A stretch of DNA of 64,000 nt from Bugula neritina. Its lineage: Eukaryota; Animalia; Bryozoa. Below the pieces are notes generated by a model. The model saw nothing but the letters and a program-made list of their open reading frames with translations. It was not told the origin of the DNA and searched no databases. Of the stretch, positions 11,501 through 24,969 are shown one piece after another (within the stretch, counting starts at the first letter, position 1; the number at the start of each line of letters is the position of its first letter). The translations under genes and the position numbers were made by a program. The stretch is from assembly GCA_964035545.1 (NCBI GenBank), contig OZ037765.1, forward strand, positions 372,001-436,000. The letters run 5' to 3'.

Positions 11501-13559
11501 ACGGCAGTCATTAACTCTAAAAATTTATAATAATAGCATAATTATTGTTGTATAACGTTTGTTATAACAGCAAATATGCAGATATAAGAAAGCATGACTC
11601 GATGCACTCGCTGGTTACTGAGTTCACAAAGGATCCTAATGTGAGGAAAGTTACTGTAAACTCAACTCTAAACAAGAAGTACACCAGGGACAATATTGAC
11701 CACAATGTGTCTGAGATAGGCAGAGTAGATAGCAGTGATAGGCACAGTCCATCGGTTAGGGAAGGAGTGAGACTTTTTGATGAGAGTGGCAATAATGAGC
11801 TGGAGTATTCTCAGAAACTGTTAATCAGTAGCGAGACAAGAGGGAAAGCGCTGATAATCTGTAACCAACATGAGTCTAAGCCAGGAATGACAGCCAAAGA
11901 ACTGGCTACTGTTGCATCTCGAAAAAAAGCGCTCAAAACCTGTGAAACTGTTTTCAACCAGTATTTTGGTTTTGAGGTACTGTTAAAAAAATTTAAAGCA
12001 TGCTTCCTCAATTTGAAAGTTCTATTTAGTACGTCTGGCGTTTAATTTGCTTTCTTTCTGAAAGCTTGGCCTAGCTATGTTTAGCTTTATGACTTTGCCT
12101 TTTGGACAATGTAATTCATTTTATTAGGTGGTGAGCAGAGTTGATTTATCAGCAACAGAAATTCTAAACTCCATTTCACAATTCTCCGCATCTTCTGATC
12201 ATGGATTGATGGCAGCCTTAGCAATCTTCTCACATGGATCTCAAGGTCAAATCATGGGAGGTGACGGCTATTCGCTATGTTCAGTACAGGATATTATTAA
12301 TTCTTTCAACAGCGGAGCTGTCCAAAGCATCCCTAAAGTTAGTTTAATTTCTCTTTTGAATTCTTGCCAGAAGTAGATTTTAATAAAGAAACTGATAGAA
12401 CTGATGAGAAAGCAGTTAGAACTTGTTTGGCTATTTAATTATGCTGCTGAATTTAAATGCAATACAGTTTTATTTTATAAGCATTGAGAACTGTAGGTAA
12501 TATAAATCATGCAATAAGTCTTTATTATTTCATTTAAGTTTAGTAAAATGTAAGCAAGGTAATATATTCTTCACAAAAGATTCATCATTGCACAGCATAA
12601 TTCTTAGCAAAAATGACATGAAATTTATTGAGCGCTTTCAAGGAAACTTAAGCATATGCGCTCCTGGTGCTACAGGTTTTTATATTCTCTTATTTTCACT
12701 TTCATAAGAATTTGGTGTAGAAATTTACTCTTGAGTCAACCCAATTTTGACCGCAACTAATTGCTTACTAATTTATTTGTAGTTGCTTCTCCTGTCTTGC
12801 TGTCGGGGAAACATTTTACGAGAATTCAATAGAGCTCCAGACAGCTTTGAGTCGAGTACTGAATTCCCATGGCCGGAGAATGAGGTGACACTCTTATATC
12901 AACCAATCAGAAAGGTGATGGATGAATCCTTTAAAAAAAGGAAATGGAGCGAAACGGCTTTCCCAGTTCTAGAAATTCCAGTCGACTGTTACTTGATGTT
13001 TTCTACTCTGCCAGACAGCAGGTAAATCTTCAAAATATTCTCCGAGATTGGCTCTGTTATATTGAAGATCTCCCTCTTAAAAACACTTCTCCATGCATTC
13101 CTTCTACTAGTTACTAGCAGATAATACTTCTCTATAGATTACCTCTACTGGTTAGTTACTAGCAACCTGTTTCAGGTATTGTGGGTACTTTTTATCTCAA
13201 GGTCTAAACGGGAGCTTATGATTAGCTGCTTACTAAATCACTTGAGAGAGATGACAGGTGGATCCAGAAGTGGACTGGTTACCCCTACCACCACTACATC
13301 TGACGTCATTGCATTACAGACGGACAGAGCAACACTGAGGGATGACTCTGTGTTACGAAGCAATACTAACTCCGTGTCTACTAGCAGTAGAAACAATCCT
13401 GTAGTCAGAGTAGAGTTGCTTAATTTACTCACAGATGTAGCTGGAATTATGAGGGAAATATCCAGGTCAACACAATATGCTAATCTATGTTATACTACTG
13501 ATAGAAACAGTAAACAGATTTTTCTTGACATGCTGACACCTAGCGCTGATATATGCTGA
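8578..13559 (+). CDS. Ankyrin-repeat / caspase (peptidase C14) fusion protein, multi-exon
   Basis: Inferred exons: 8578-10494 (ANK array, repeated TALHxAA), optional 10826-10951, 11355-11461, 11571-11976 (GKALIICN...YFGFEV), 12128-12337 (AIFSHG, ends IPK), 12783-13021 (LLLLSCCRG, DCYLMFSTLPD) and 13202-13559 (p10-like, ends KQIFL...stop). Phases are mutually consistent with GT-AG sites, except that the optional exon needs a GC donor. The ANK-to-caspase linkage is inferred from phase compatibility. Confidence 0.75.
10488..10670 (+). repeat. ~24-bp tandem repeat containing the 5' splice site (GAAGAG|GTAAGT)
   Basis: About 8 copies of gaagaggtaagtatatgatagaga, starting at the end of the ankyrin exon. 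Confidence 0.9.
11012..11368 (+). repeat. 30-bp tandem repeat containing a 3' splice site (CAG|GTAGCT)
   Basis: About 12 copies of gtagctgtcatacatgtcatgtgtcaacag; the last copy runs into coding sequence (VAVIQSSVKE). Confidence 0.92.
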
Positions 13560-13675
13560 CACCTAGCTCTGATACAAGTTGATACCTAGCTCTGTTACAT
13601 GCTGATACCTAGCTCTGATACATGTTGACACCTAGCTCTGATACATGTTGACACCTAGCGCTGATACATACTGAT
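13528..13675 (+). repeat. ~21-bp tandem repeat overlapping the caspase stop codon
   Basis: tgacacctagctctgatacatg-like units begin inside the last codons (MLTPSADIC*) and continue into the 3' UTR. Confidence 0.8.
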
Positions 13676-16600
13676 ATTTCAGAGTCATAATTATTTATCT
13701 AATTAAATAAAATAACGGAGTATTTGATTCATACAATTTGTTGCAAGCAGTGAAACTTTCAGGAATAATAATGGGCAGATTGAAATTATTGTTTAATTTT
13801 TATTTTTACATCAATAAACAATAATGTACAATTCTACCCATTGCTACATTATATTATAAAATATAATATTATGATTCGTTGATCAGTTAGAGAAAATAAC
13901 TATTTTCAAAATTAAAGTTGCATTTATTCTACAATACAAATAGAAAAGCACCAAAAATTTACAAATTTACTGCAACAAGTACACATTTCAATTGAAGTTT
14001 AAACTGAAAACCAGAGTTCAAGGTCAATAGAATATTTCATTACTGCTCTTGGCAGCTCTCTCCAGTGCCAAGTCAAACTGCCTATCCAGTTTCGAAGTAT
14101 CCTTTTTAGCGTTTTTCTCCCCAACTTCTTTTTGCTATAAAATATTAGATATTTTTTACAATTTTTTAAGAACTGGTAAGAATATGGCACAATCAAATAC
14201 ATGACTGTTTGACACATACACCATGATGTCACAGTTTGGTGATCTGAGCAATGTGCTATTCAGTTTATTTACCTTTGGCTTAGGACTATAATATAACTTA
14301 TTAATGCAATAATATGGTAAAATAGGCAGCTATATATTATAACTTTAAAATTTATCTAATATGCTACTTCAGATAATCTTGTGGAAATACTTGATCAAAC
14401 TTCAAAGTAGCAACTAAGAGTAGATGTAGTAGCGGAATAAGAGAATAATACTTAAAATAGGAACATGATTGGCCATATCATAAGGTAATCACATAGAAAG
14501 GAAGAAAATATGGCAGAGAAAGCATATAAATTCACAGCAGAAGAATTGACAGCCAGAAAGACATCTTAGTTACACAATTTACAACAAAAATAGTAAAATA
14601 ATTGAATAGCCAGTGAAGAGGAAACTGCGTGAAAAGAGCCTCACAGTTAGTTTAAGGTCACACTTTTCATTTTCTGGCTCTTTGCCAGGTGCTTTATGTT
14701 CTATATGAACAATGTTCCACTGATAGCTCGAACAGGTTGAATGTCACAGGAACAAAAAAAATATGAAAAGATAAAGAAACTTATGTTCTCCAATATACTT
14801 TTTTATTTTTTTCAAAAGCCAATTCATGTTTAAGTTATAGCTTGTTGAAAAACATAGTCCCCCTTCCACATTCTTTTCAATTTATACGCTCCTGACTTGT
14901 TATTGTGTCTCAATATGCCTTGTATTTGAGTGCTTGTTAGTCTCGCTTCACTAACTTTGCCTATACTTCACAAGTGCCAGTGCTGCTGGCTCAAAAGCTA
15001 AATGTTATAAACTGTCAGCTAAAACCCAATCTTGTATTCCTAGGTTGGTTGGCCTAAATAAAACAATAGTCAAATCATGATTTCATGTTTTAAAAATTTA
15101 CTCTATTCTAACCTGCTGCCTAGCTATAGTTCTATTTTTGATGTATAATTACAAAATTTGTGATACATTTTTTTGGCAACCATGTGATTTATAAAATGCA
15201 GTAATGGTACTTATAATATTATATTATTATCATTATAATATATTATATAGTATTATGTGTGTTTTTATTATACTGCATAATATCTATTTTATTATTGTTG
15301 TTGTGCAAACAAGTGCAATTAACCTAGTTTTCAAAATGTACCTCTAAATTATCAGAATATCAGTTTAGATATGTTCATGCTTTGTAAGGTAAACCTAAAA
15401 AAAGAGGCTGTATTCCCAAAGTAAAGGGTGTTGAACTATGAACTATATTAGATTAGCCACTCTGCTACCAAGTGCATCAGTATAATATTATATGAATAGC
15501 TCTGATGCTTTGTCTCCGGTGGCTGGCTGCGATATGATAACTTGGCCAACTTCCAAGAGTTTAAAATTGGCGCAATTATTCAAGAGGTTACATACTGCAC
15601 AGAGCTAGCAGTGATAGTAACCTTGCTATCGGCTGTACTTATTACAACTGCCAGCATATAAGCTGCATTGTAGAATGCCGTTGGGGTAGGCTAGTAAAAC
15701 CAAATTCTGCTCTCTAATATACCTTAGACACAATGCAGCAACATAATTGTTCGTTTCAAATTACATTGCCACCCTTACATGAGCTGTGGGCTTCATAAAG
15801 ATTCATATGATTAGAGATTTATGCTATAGGCTAGCTATGATGAAAAGAAAACACCATTGTCAAAGTTAACTTCAAGTATGTTGTTTTCCAGAAACTCAGT
15901 AATGTCCATTTATATCTCTCGCATACAAATACTTATGTAATAGCATACAGTTTAAGTTTTATTTTAGAGCACATCTGCAAACTCTACAATAAGAGCTTGC
16001 TTTACCAGTCTATTTCAGACCTGTTTTTGTAGTTAGTAATACGCAAGCTACTTATTTTTAAACTTTTGGGTTATTTGTTCAAAACCATTAGCTTTGCTAG
16101 TAACCCGAGACTATTGCAACAGTTGACTGCTATCAACATGAATTGACAGCCTAATAATTATAACCCATTTGCACGCAAAATATTTATGTACTCATAGTTA
16201 CTCATATAGTTGGCAATTTATTAACGATGACTGCGTGGTCCAGAGGTTAAAGGCGTCAGCGAGAAGCTGGTTGGTCATGGTTCAATCCTATTATGCTGCA
16301 TTTTTTTTTGTCAATTTATGCAAATCCTACGCATGTATAATAAATATGGCTATAATTGTAAAGTTTTTTTTAACTTTTGTTCAACAGTAAGACAACATAC
16401 ATGCATAATACTTAGCTACTGAACACTGGGCTAAACTTTAAATTGATCTTATAGAATACAATGTACTTAAAATAATCATATGTGAATTAGAGAAACTGGA
16501 AGTACAACTGCTGCACTATAGACAGACCTTTACTGACAAGACTGCAAAGTGAAGTGATTTAGCTGAAGAAATTAACTCTGCCAAACAAACAAAGAATTAT

Positions 16601-17590
16601 GTTGTGCTGAGGCATTGTCAATAGATTGTAACATAGTGAGATGATTCAGCTAAGTGCTAATGTAAAACAGGGAACATTATATTGGCAGAAATCCAATAGA
16701 TTGCCAATTTGTGCGAGAGGGTACTATATGTTATTGTGATAGCGCAGAGCGGCAAACGTACTAGGAATGTTATAATTAGTCACAGGAGCGTAGCTAGAAC
16801 CACCATATGAAGAATTTAGATAATTGCAGTGAAACTTGCAAAATGGTGTATGTTTTTACCAAATTGTGAAGAGCATAAACAGAATTTCAAAAAACAAAGA
16901 AAGTATATTAGAGAAAACATATTAAGGAATGTCAAGTTTAACTTTTAGACTTTATAAAATGAATCCCCTGTGCTACAGCAGTGGAACATGGAGGGTGTAA
17001 AATTTTACTTATTATGCAACAACTTTCTCAGAAAATTTTTTATTGAAAAATTAAAAAAGTATATGAAAGAGGAATGCAAGAGCTATCTTTTCATGTAAAA
17101 TTTGTTAATGTGAGACAAAAACTGTTCGAGCTATCCCCTGGAAACCGTTTATATATAACATAAAGCAGTGCCTGAATGTGGAAAGTAATGACCTTAAACT
17201 AACTGTGCTTGACCTCTCAAGAGTGCTAGCATGTAGACACCAGCCAGCTACAACAGCCTCTAACCCACCTGATCTACAAGTTAGTAGATGATGGCCTTGA
17301 GCTCTACAAGTTGTAACATTTACTCAACTAGTAACAATATTCACATGTCCACTGGCGTGGCGAAGTTAGGGGCAGAAAGACAGTAAATTCATCAAAACTT
17401 ATCTTTCATATCACATGTTGTAAACAGAATGTTTAAGTTAAACTGAAGAACTCTAGAAAGCTCTTGGTTACAGTAACTAAATAAAATTATTGTTTGAAGA
17501 AAAGTACCACTGGTTATACTGAGATGAATGAACAATGTGCACGTTATTAGCCTGTAGACTACAATTCCACGTTACGGTACGAACACTCAC

Positions 17591-20500
17591 AGCGGCACTC
17601 TCCAGAATGAGTAGGTTACTCAGTCTTTTTACTTCAGTCGTGTCATTCAGCAGCTTAGCCTGTGTTTCTCTAAAGTACTTAGCCCGCTTGTTCTGTTGAA
17701 TAACAAAATGGCTGTGTTGTGCAGAAGATGACTTGATGTGTCTACAAAACAGAAACACTTTGATTTTTATTCAAAATTTACTAAAATTGGAAAAAACTAG
17801 CTCCGTGCACTTTGAATATTATAAGAATAGAATTATTATATGCTGTGATTTTGTCATAATAAATAAAAAGCCAATAAACTAGCTAGTAGTAATTTAAGTA
17901 CTTATGAATTCCTTTCTCGATGTTTCTAATAGTTTTGTAGGTGTCTTTGATAACATCCTTGTATGTTGGGGCATTCAATGGGGGCAGATTCTTCATCTCA
18001 CTCCGCCGCACATTGACCTTTTGACCTGCATCCACGTCTAAGTTCTTCATTTTTAAGTAATGAGATACGAGGGGGCACGACCCCCGAACGTCAAACAGTG
18101 ATGTCACCATATCCGCACCTTTACATGCCGGGTGTGACTGAAACAGCAGATGGTATAGAATATTCTAGAAGTTGTTATAAGTTAGTAAATGCTGTGAGTT
18201 GACAACTATAACATACTTTACTAGACACTCAAATTTACTTGATTTTACGGCACGTAAAATAAATGGCCATTCACTTCAAAAATCTCCCTCAAACTCACTT
18301 CCATTTGATTATTCAAATTAACAGTCTTAGAGGTAGCCTTCCTTTTAGATAGACTTTTCTCATAGGTTTTAGATACAGAGCGTGTGGGGACGCCACTCTC
18401 CTCCTCAATCCCATCTAGAGCTGGATTAGTCTCTGAGTTCAAGGTCAGTCTACTTGGTACAGCCTCCTGCACTGGTGTCAGGACTTTAGTGATTGCCACT
18501 GCAGCTGTTGGTACACAAGATCAGCATTGTGAGCTCTCAGTATGTTGAGTGAAGGGAATATTACCAGCCAATCAGCTTTCCTATGAGTCATGCACAATGA
18601 CACAAGCAGTTGTTCCTGCTATGCCTGACTTATAGCTACTAGAATCACACAATCAATTTGATAAAGTATAACTGCGAGTTCATTACTCCAGAGTAATACT
18701 GGTAATTACCTCCCCGGTGATTCAACAAACTTTTCTTAAAATACACAAATGTTGTAGATGGTTTAGTATTTTAGTAGTTTAGTACCATAAATAGAAATAT
18801 ATTATAGCAAAAGTATGAATAAAATTAAATTAGCATTTCACCTATAAGAAACTGTTCTATAAAATAAAAAGCTACATGTAAGCGAGAAGTTATATGAAGC
18901 AGCATATTGACAGCACTGTTTACCTTTATGCCATCTTATACGTGACGAATTTTTTAGTTTGTCAGTTTTAATAGCTTTACTGCTGCTATTTTGATCTTAA
19001 AAATACATCAGTAATTAATAAAAATCAACATAAATTTAGAAATTGTCTTTTCCTGATTTTTGACTTAATATACCATTCTACAGTGAACAATATGTGCAAA
19101 GTTCCTAAACAGCTTGTCAAGATTAGCCATACAACTACGTTTAGCAATGCTCCTATAACTACAATCACATATTCAAGTTGGGGGTCCACATGCCCACCCT
19201 TAGTGAAGTTACCTGGAGGTCTAGGATACCGAGGCTTGTGCTGTGCGTCTGCTACTGAGTCAATAACTAGACTGTTGTCCTCAGATCTGGAGGACTCGGA
19301 GCCGAGAGTCTTGCCGGGCTTACTCCGCAAGGTATTGTGGGAAGTGGCCCGGCTGACTAAACTCATCTCTGAGCCGTACTTCCTCAGCCCCTTCTGAGCC
19401 ACACTCATGGCGTCTATGGCAGACAGCCAATCATCTGCAGCCACCGAGGCATTCTTTGACTCTGGAGGTACAAATAAGAATTAAAATAGTTCATTAAGTA
19501 GATTTCAACTCCTAGTGTCAATTAGACTTGGCTATAGTTTATTAACTCTAACAGACCTTTGGCTGGGGCCTTCCCCATTGCAGCCTCTCTCTTTTTCCCA
19601 GCGGGCTCAAGATCGGGACTCCATTTTAGAAATTTTCGAGGAGCTGGTACAATTCCTGGTAAATAAAAATTACAGTCAAAATTAAATCATAGACATAATC
19701 ATGGTACTATTACCACCGCTGCCGCCGCCACCACCGCCAACAACAAGCCCACGAATGTACTGAATATTGAAAGTAATGTAGTCATACAGTCACAAATCAT
19801 GAACTAACCTGTCATCCATTCAAACACAATTTGAAGCAGAAACTCCTTAAAGTCATCATTAAACTGTTTGTAAGAGTCAGGGAACGTCTCGGTAAATGCT
19901 ACGTAAATAGACTGAGCCATCAACTCAGGGTACACCTACACGCAATACGCAGGTAAATATTTAGTATATGCAAAATTAGATCATTCATAACTATACATTA
20001 AACTCTCACAAGTTAGCACTCACATTAAACTACGACTCACTTTAAACTACGACTCACATTAAACTAAAACTCATATTGAATTAACACTCACAATGAGTCA
20101 ACATTCACAATGAGTTAACACTCACGTTAAGTATGGCCTCCTTGTACTGATAGGATTGGATGTGAATAAGAAACTTGACAAAATTATGTGATACCCTGTT
20201 GAAAAAACTTGGCTGAGCATTTTTCTGAGTTGAAAACTTCTCAAGAAAAATCCACCAGTAAATATCCTACAAACGAATCACAAATGCTTATGATGAGTAC
20301 GACAATGAATGATTGTGAGTAACAGTTAATAATTTACAAGTCATGATGAACAATACTAGTTAGTAAGTCATAGTGACAATCTGCCATGGTCAATGATTAC
20401 TCATTAATTTTTATTTCCTTACATTTACTTTACGTTTCACAACTTTGAGAGAAAGTTGACCGATATGAAAACTAGTCAATTATTAATACAGAAGAACTGC

Positions 20501-21714
20501 TGGTAAAAGAACTTCACTATCAAACGGCTGTAGATTCCTACCAGTTAGCAAGAAGTGAAAGTCAAACTTGTTAGAGATTTTTGATACTGCCCTGGGAAAT
20601 GTTGAGACTAAATAACTACGCAGCAGAAAAACTGCTAGCTGCAGGTTAGTAACTATTACCTGCAGTATTGACTGTGACATCAATGAATAGACAACTCTAG
20701 TAAACTCCTCATCAAACTGGGCTACCTACAGCAGTATAATATAAGACTACATTGTTCACAACACATCATATGCACATATCTCTACGACTACGAGCTAGTA
20801 ATTTCAGTAGAAACAGATAACACAAAGCAAACTAATAGTTCGCATACACTGTATTGCTTGAGAGTTTGAATGAGAGCTACTAGATATAAGACTTCATGTA
20901 CGACGTAAGGTGATGAGCAGAATATCTCCTACCTTACGTCTGCGGCCATGTTGAACCTGAATGACCTTGTTAAAGATCTCGGAGGTCGTGACATGGTGGG
21001 GGAGAGCGGTCAAAGCTTTGGACTTAAAGCCGGGAAAGGTAAACAACTAAAACAGGAGAGGATAAATAATAATGCATAAAGGGGGTAGAAACAACATGTC
21101 ATCGGGTAAAACTAATATTATTTGATAGAATCTAGTTTTAAACAGGAGCACACAACTGCTACTTGACTTCAACAAAACTCTGCCAATAGCCAACTGATAT
21201 TGAGGTAACAATAAGTCAGAGCCTACAAGTAGGACGGTAACTAAGGCTAATTAAACAGTGTGGAACTCACCTCTACGAATTTAGGCTTAGCTCCACTCGT
21301 TTCTGCGCTTTTTTTCCTATCCACCTTTTTTGCCTGCATAAATAAATATGAAATATCACTATGAAAGTTCGCACAATATTTTCAACTTCTTATATTGCGT
21401 AAGTTAAGGTATGACAATGTAAAATGCATAATAACTCAATTTCACATTACTAAACAAATGCATGATAACTCCAATATACAACAGAATAACACCTACAATA
21501 ACAAATGTTACATGCTGTTGCTCGTCAAATATGTAGAGCAGAAATATACCAATTCATTTTATATGCAACTCACACCATTGTTTACAAATTATCAGTTTAC
21601 CAGCCACCAGAAGTGAACTATTTAGTCTCAGGCCAGCTGACAGCACACAGCCTACCTTCATTGATATCTTATGAACATTCTTTATTCTCTCTGGTGCTTG
21701 TCCCACAGCTATAA

Positions 21715-21803
<89 letters not shown>

Positions 21804-24561
21804 AAATAAAACTATATAAGACATAAAATACTGGTGGTGTGCATGAATAGTGCGACTGATAGAGAAAGTGCTACAGCTGCAGGGAAAGAAATAATTATAT
21901 AAAAGATCTATAACTGTAAAGAAATGAATATGACTTTGAATAAAAGGTGTGATAAAATTTATTAGCAGACGTAAAGTCACTTGACTCGTTGATTTAAAAT
22001 TGACTAAATAGTCGGGTTCAAAAAGAAACTACAAATAAACTAAACTTTCGGGTAGAATCAACAACTTTACCATAAAAATCTGTATTTAAACTGGTAAAAT
22101 TTCTATCTAATTTTAAAAATTGACAACTCTTTTGGAAAAGTAACATGAACAAAAGGGAGTTATCTGCCCAATAGCCGTGATGAGGGAAAGCAGTGGAGTA
22201 CATATGAAGCTGCATAATGTATAATAGACAGGAGCATCTACTATACAAATAGTTACCTGGTGAATAGAAAACACTGAAGGGGTCCTCTATATATACAGCA
22301 ATTGTATTGTAAACAAACTTTAGCAGCTTAAAATGAAAGTTGTGAAAATAAATTATCAGTTATTGTTTCATTATTCACTAGCTTATGAATTCATCAAAGA
22401 TACAATATTATGTCAATATTCTATTAATCTGAAACATACAAATATCCTTCAATAATACAGTACTCACATAATACAATAGTGAAATAATAAAATAATTATA
22501 CAATAAAGTAATACAATATTATAATAGATATTTAGAGAAACGGCTTTGTACCTGAATGAATAGAGTAGACTCCACTAAAAGCCTGGATCTCCGCAATTTC
22601 CCTCTCTGAAACAGTGAATCCAATTAATCTTATTAGGTAATATTTTTCCAATTTTGAGACACAGTAATAGAAATATATAAAACCTTGCTTCCTGACATAT
22701 CTCAGCAAGGTTCAATTAGAATTACCTCCTTGAAAAGGAGAAACTATAAAAATTGAAACATGTTTTAGTAATTAATAATTACACTTTGATGTGCTTGTTT
22801 GATAAAAAATGAAAAATAAAGGTGTAAAGCAAAATATAAGACAAGCTGAACATGAAGCAGCTAGCTGAAAGGAGAAGAAAGAGATGAAACAAACTGTGAT
22901 TAAGGCATTACATATTTATTTTCTCTGTTATTCCTTTTTGAGCTATTTTAAACTTAATTTTAATAATAATTTCAAGAGTCTGGTATTATGCAAAATACTA
23001 GCATCCTAAATATATTCTATAAAAAGCTTCAAGTTTTAAATGTAAATTAATTATTTACATTTATTTTTGTTTTTGAATCACTGCAATCTCTTAGAAGTAC
23101 ACAATCTTACGAGGAACTCTACGAACTTCAACTCCTGTCTAATTTGATGAGAGATAGAAGGAAGAAAACTCTTATAGAGCCATTTAACTGACCACAAGAG
23201 TTCACAACAGAACAAAGCAGATTAAACAAGTGACAGAAATAAACTGCATACTTACCATCTTGCTCTTTGATCTGCGCCTCAAATTTAACTGTGTTTAATG
23301 AAAATAATTTGAATAACTAAATTATCAAAATTAATACAAAAACCGAAAATCTCACAGGTTATTCTTTATGATAAATGCTAATACTAAAATACTTTTAGTC
23401 TTTGATAACTATTTTTTCAACTTTATACAAGAAAACAAAAATGATACTTTTTAATTAACCCCTTGATAAAATTTCATTCGCTGATCCTCACTAAATCAAG
23501 TTTAACAAAAAACATACTCATAATGAGTGCACCATCCAGTTATCAAATACACTTTCTTAACATATAAATTAACATCTCTTTTCTATCTAATGCAGAGAGC
23601 ATGCAAAGTGTTGAGCAGTTTTAGAGAAGCTAGAAACTTCAGATTTACAAAAAAATCAAAGTACTTAATTTTATGATAGTTATGCTATATCTGCGTCAAA
23701 GTTACTTGATCACTTACTCACTCAATCAATCAAACTCATTCATTCACTCACTTTGCTAAAATTAAAAACATACTAAAAAAATTTAAAAGTATTATATATC
23801 AGCCAAAAGCTGCAATTGCTAAACTACCTCTTCTTTTATGCTTGGCAGAAGTGTGTGTGCTTCCATTATCTGGAGTAAAAGGCATAACAGTGGTAGTGTC
23901 TTCGTGTTCACTTAGCCGTGAATCAAACACGAGTTGAGTGTACTCTTGAAGACTCTTGTCTAGCTCTCCAATTTTTTTACTTACTTGAGCCATGGTTCCA
24001 ACCAAAAACGCTACGATAGGGTGGTCAAAGAAGTTAAGAAGCACAATGGGAATAATTCGGTAACAATAAACTAAATATATCTAAAATAACATGAATTTTC
24101 ATTTTAAAAAGAAGGATTATCTGATAACCATAATCGTAATTATTATGAGCATGTATTAAAAACATTAGTTCGTGCTGACTGCCAGCATAAACAACACTAA
24201 AGAATTTAATAACAAAACTAATAATAAGACTATAACTATTTGACCAACAATACGGTTAGTGACTGCCATTATCGCCATCACTATGAGTATGACTATCACT
24301 CTGAGTATGAGAGTATCAGTTAGTGTTAAAGTATGAGTATCACTATCACTATCAGTATCAGTTTGAGTTTGACTACCAGCATTACTTTGGCTCTGTAGGC
24401 TAGAATGTTTGTGTAAGGATACGAGATTTTTTTTCTTGTTTAAGTACCACATCTTCTTTTCTTTTGCGAAGCTCTTCCCGAGTTAGAAGCTCGCCGTCTT
24501 CAAACAAGTGCATAGGAGAAGCAATTGCATTATACTTGCTGGGATCAACTTTACTAGCCAT
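17591..24561 (-). CDS. FAM227A: FAM227A-like protein (FWWh domain), multi-exon; 3' end not resolved
   Basis: Exon 1 is 24423-24561 (MASKVDPSKYNAIASPM) and exon 2 is 23828-24010 (PFLVGTMAQVSKKI). Further exons: ~20933-21046 (LFTFPGF..LP), 20126-20266 (DIYWWIFLEKF..FFNRVSHNF), 19809-19935 (YPELMAQSIYVAFTETFPDS..FEWMTG), ~17902-18137 (SHPACKGADMVTSLFDVRGSCPLV) and 17591-17741. These motifs match my recollection of FAM227A (DSFWW, SHPACK..FNIYGKSPL). The terminal exon lies somewhere below 17591. Confidence 0.8.
21720..21801. repeat. (AT)n microsatellite
   Basis: About 40 uninterrupted AT units next to a FAM227A acceptor. Confidence 0.97.
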
Positions 24562-24969
24562 TTTGCATTTTGACGAACGACCTTGGCACATATGCTACTA
24601 TAGTAACTAGTCTTTAACAAATCAAAACATCGTTTCGAATTCAAGTCTGACAATAAAAGTTAAAAAAAACTTGAATTTAATAAAATTTGTAAAAATTAAA
24701 ATAATATTTTTATTGTTTAATAAACAATATTTTTAGTTTTTTGTTCAATTTTTTTTAAAATTATTCTATGCTAAACCAAATATAAAATTAGCTTTGTTAA
24801 CATGGCCGAAGTTGTAAACAAATTGCTAGGCAAAGGTTTATTTCAAATTGTCGTTCGTGCAGTAGCCTACAGTGATAACAAATATAGTTGTTAGCAGCTG
24901 TGTTTTTTTAGTTGTATGCGATATTTATTGAGTTTGTATTTAAAAACTTTTGTAATACAAACAAAGACC
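24562..24969. promoter_or_regulatory. Putative bidirectional promoter between FAM227A and Chibby
   Basis: Only ~410 bp separate the two divergent ATGs, with an A/T-tract-rich core. Confidence 0.6.

Noticed and set aside
14600-17300. Candidate terminal exons of FAM227A (e.g. ~15583-15690, ~14647-14700, ~17226-17273)
   Set aside because: Several AG-preceded open segments are possible and none has recognisable homology, so I cannot choose among them without transcripts.
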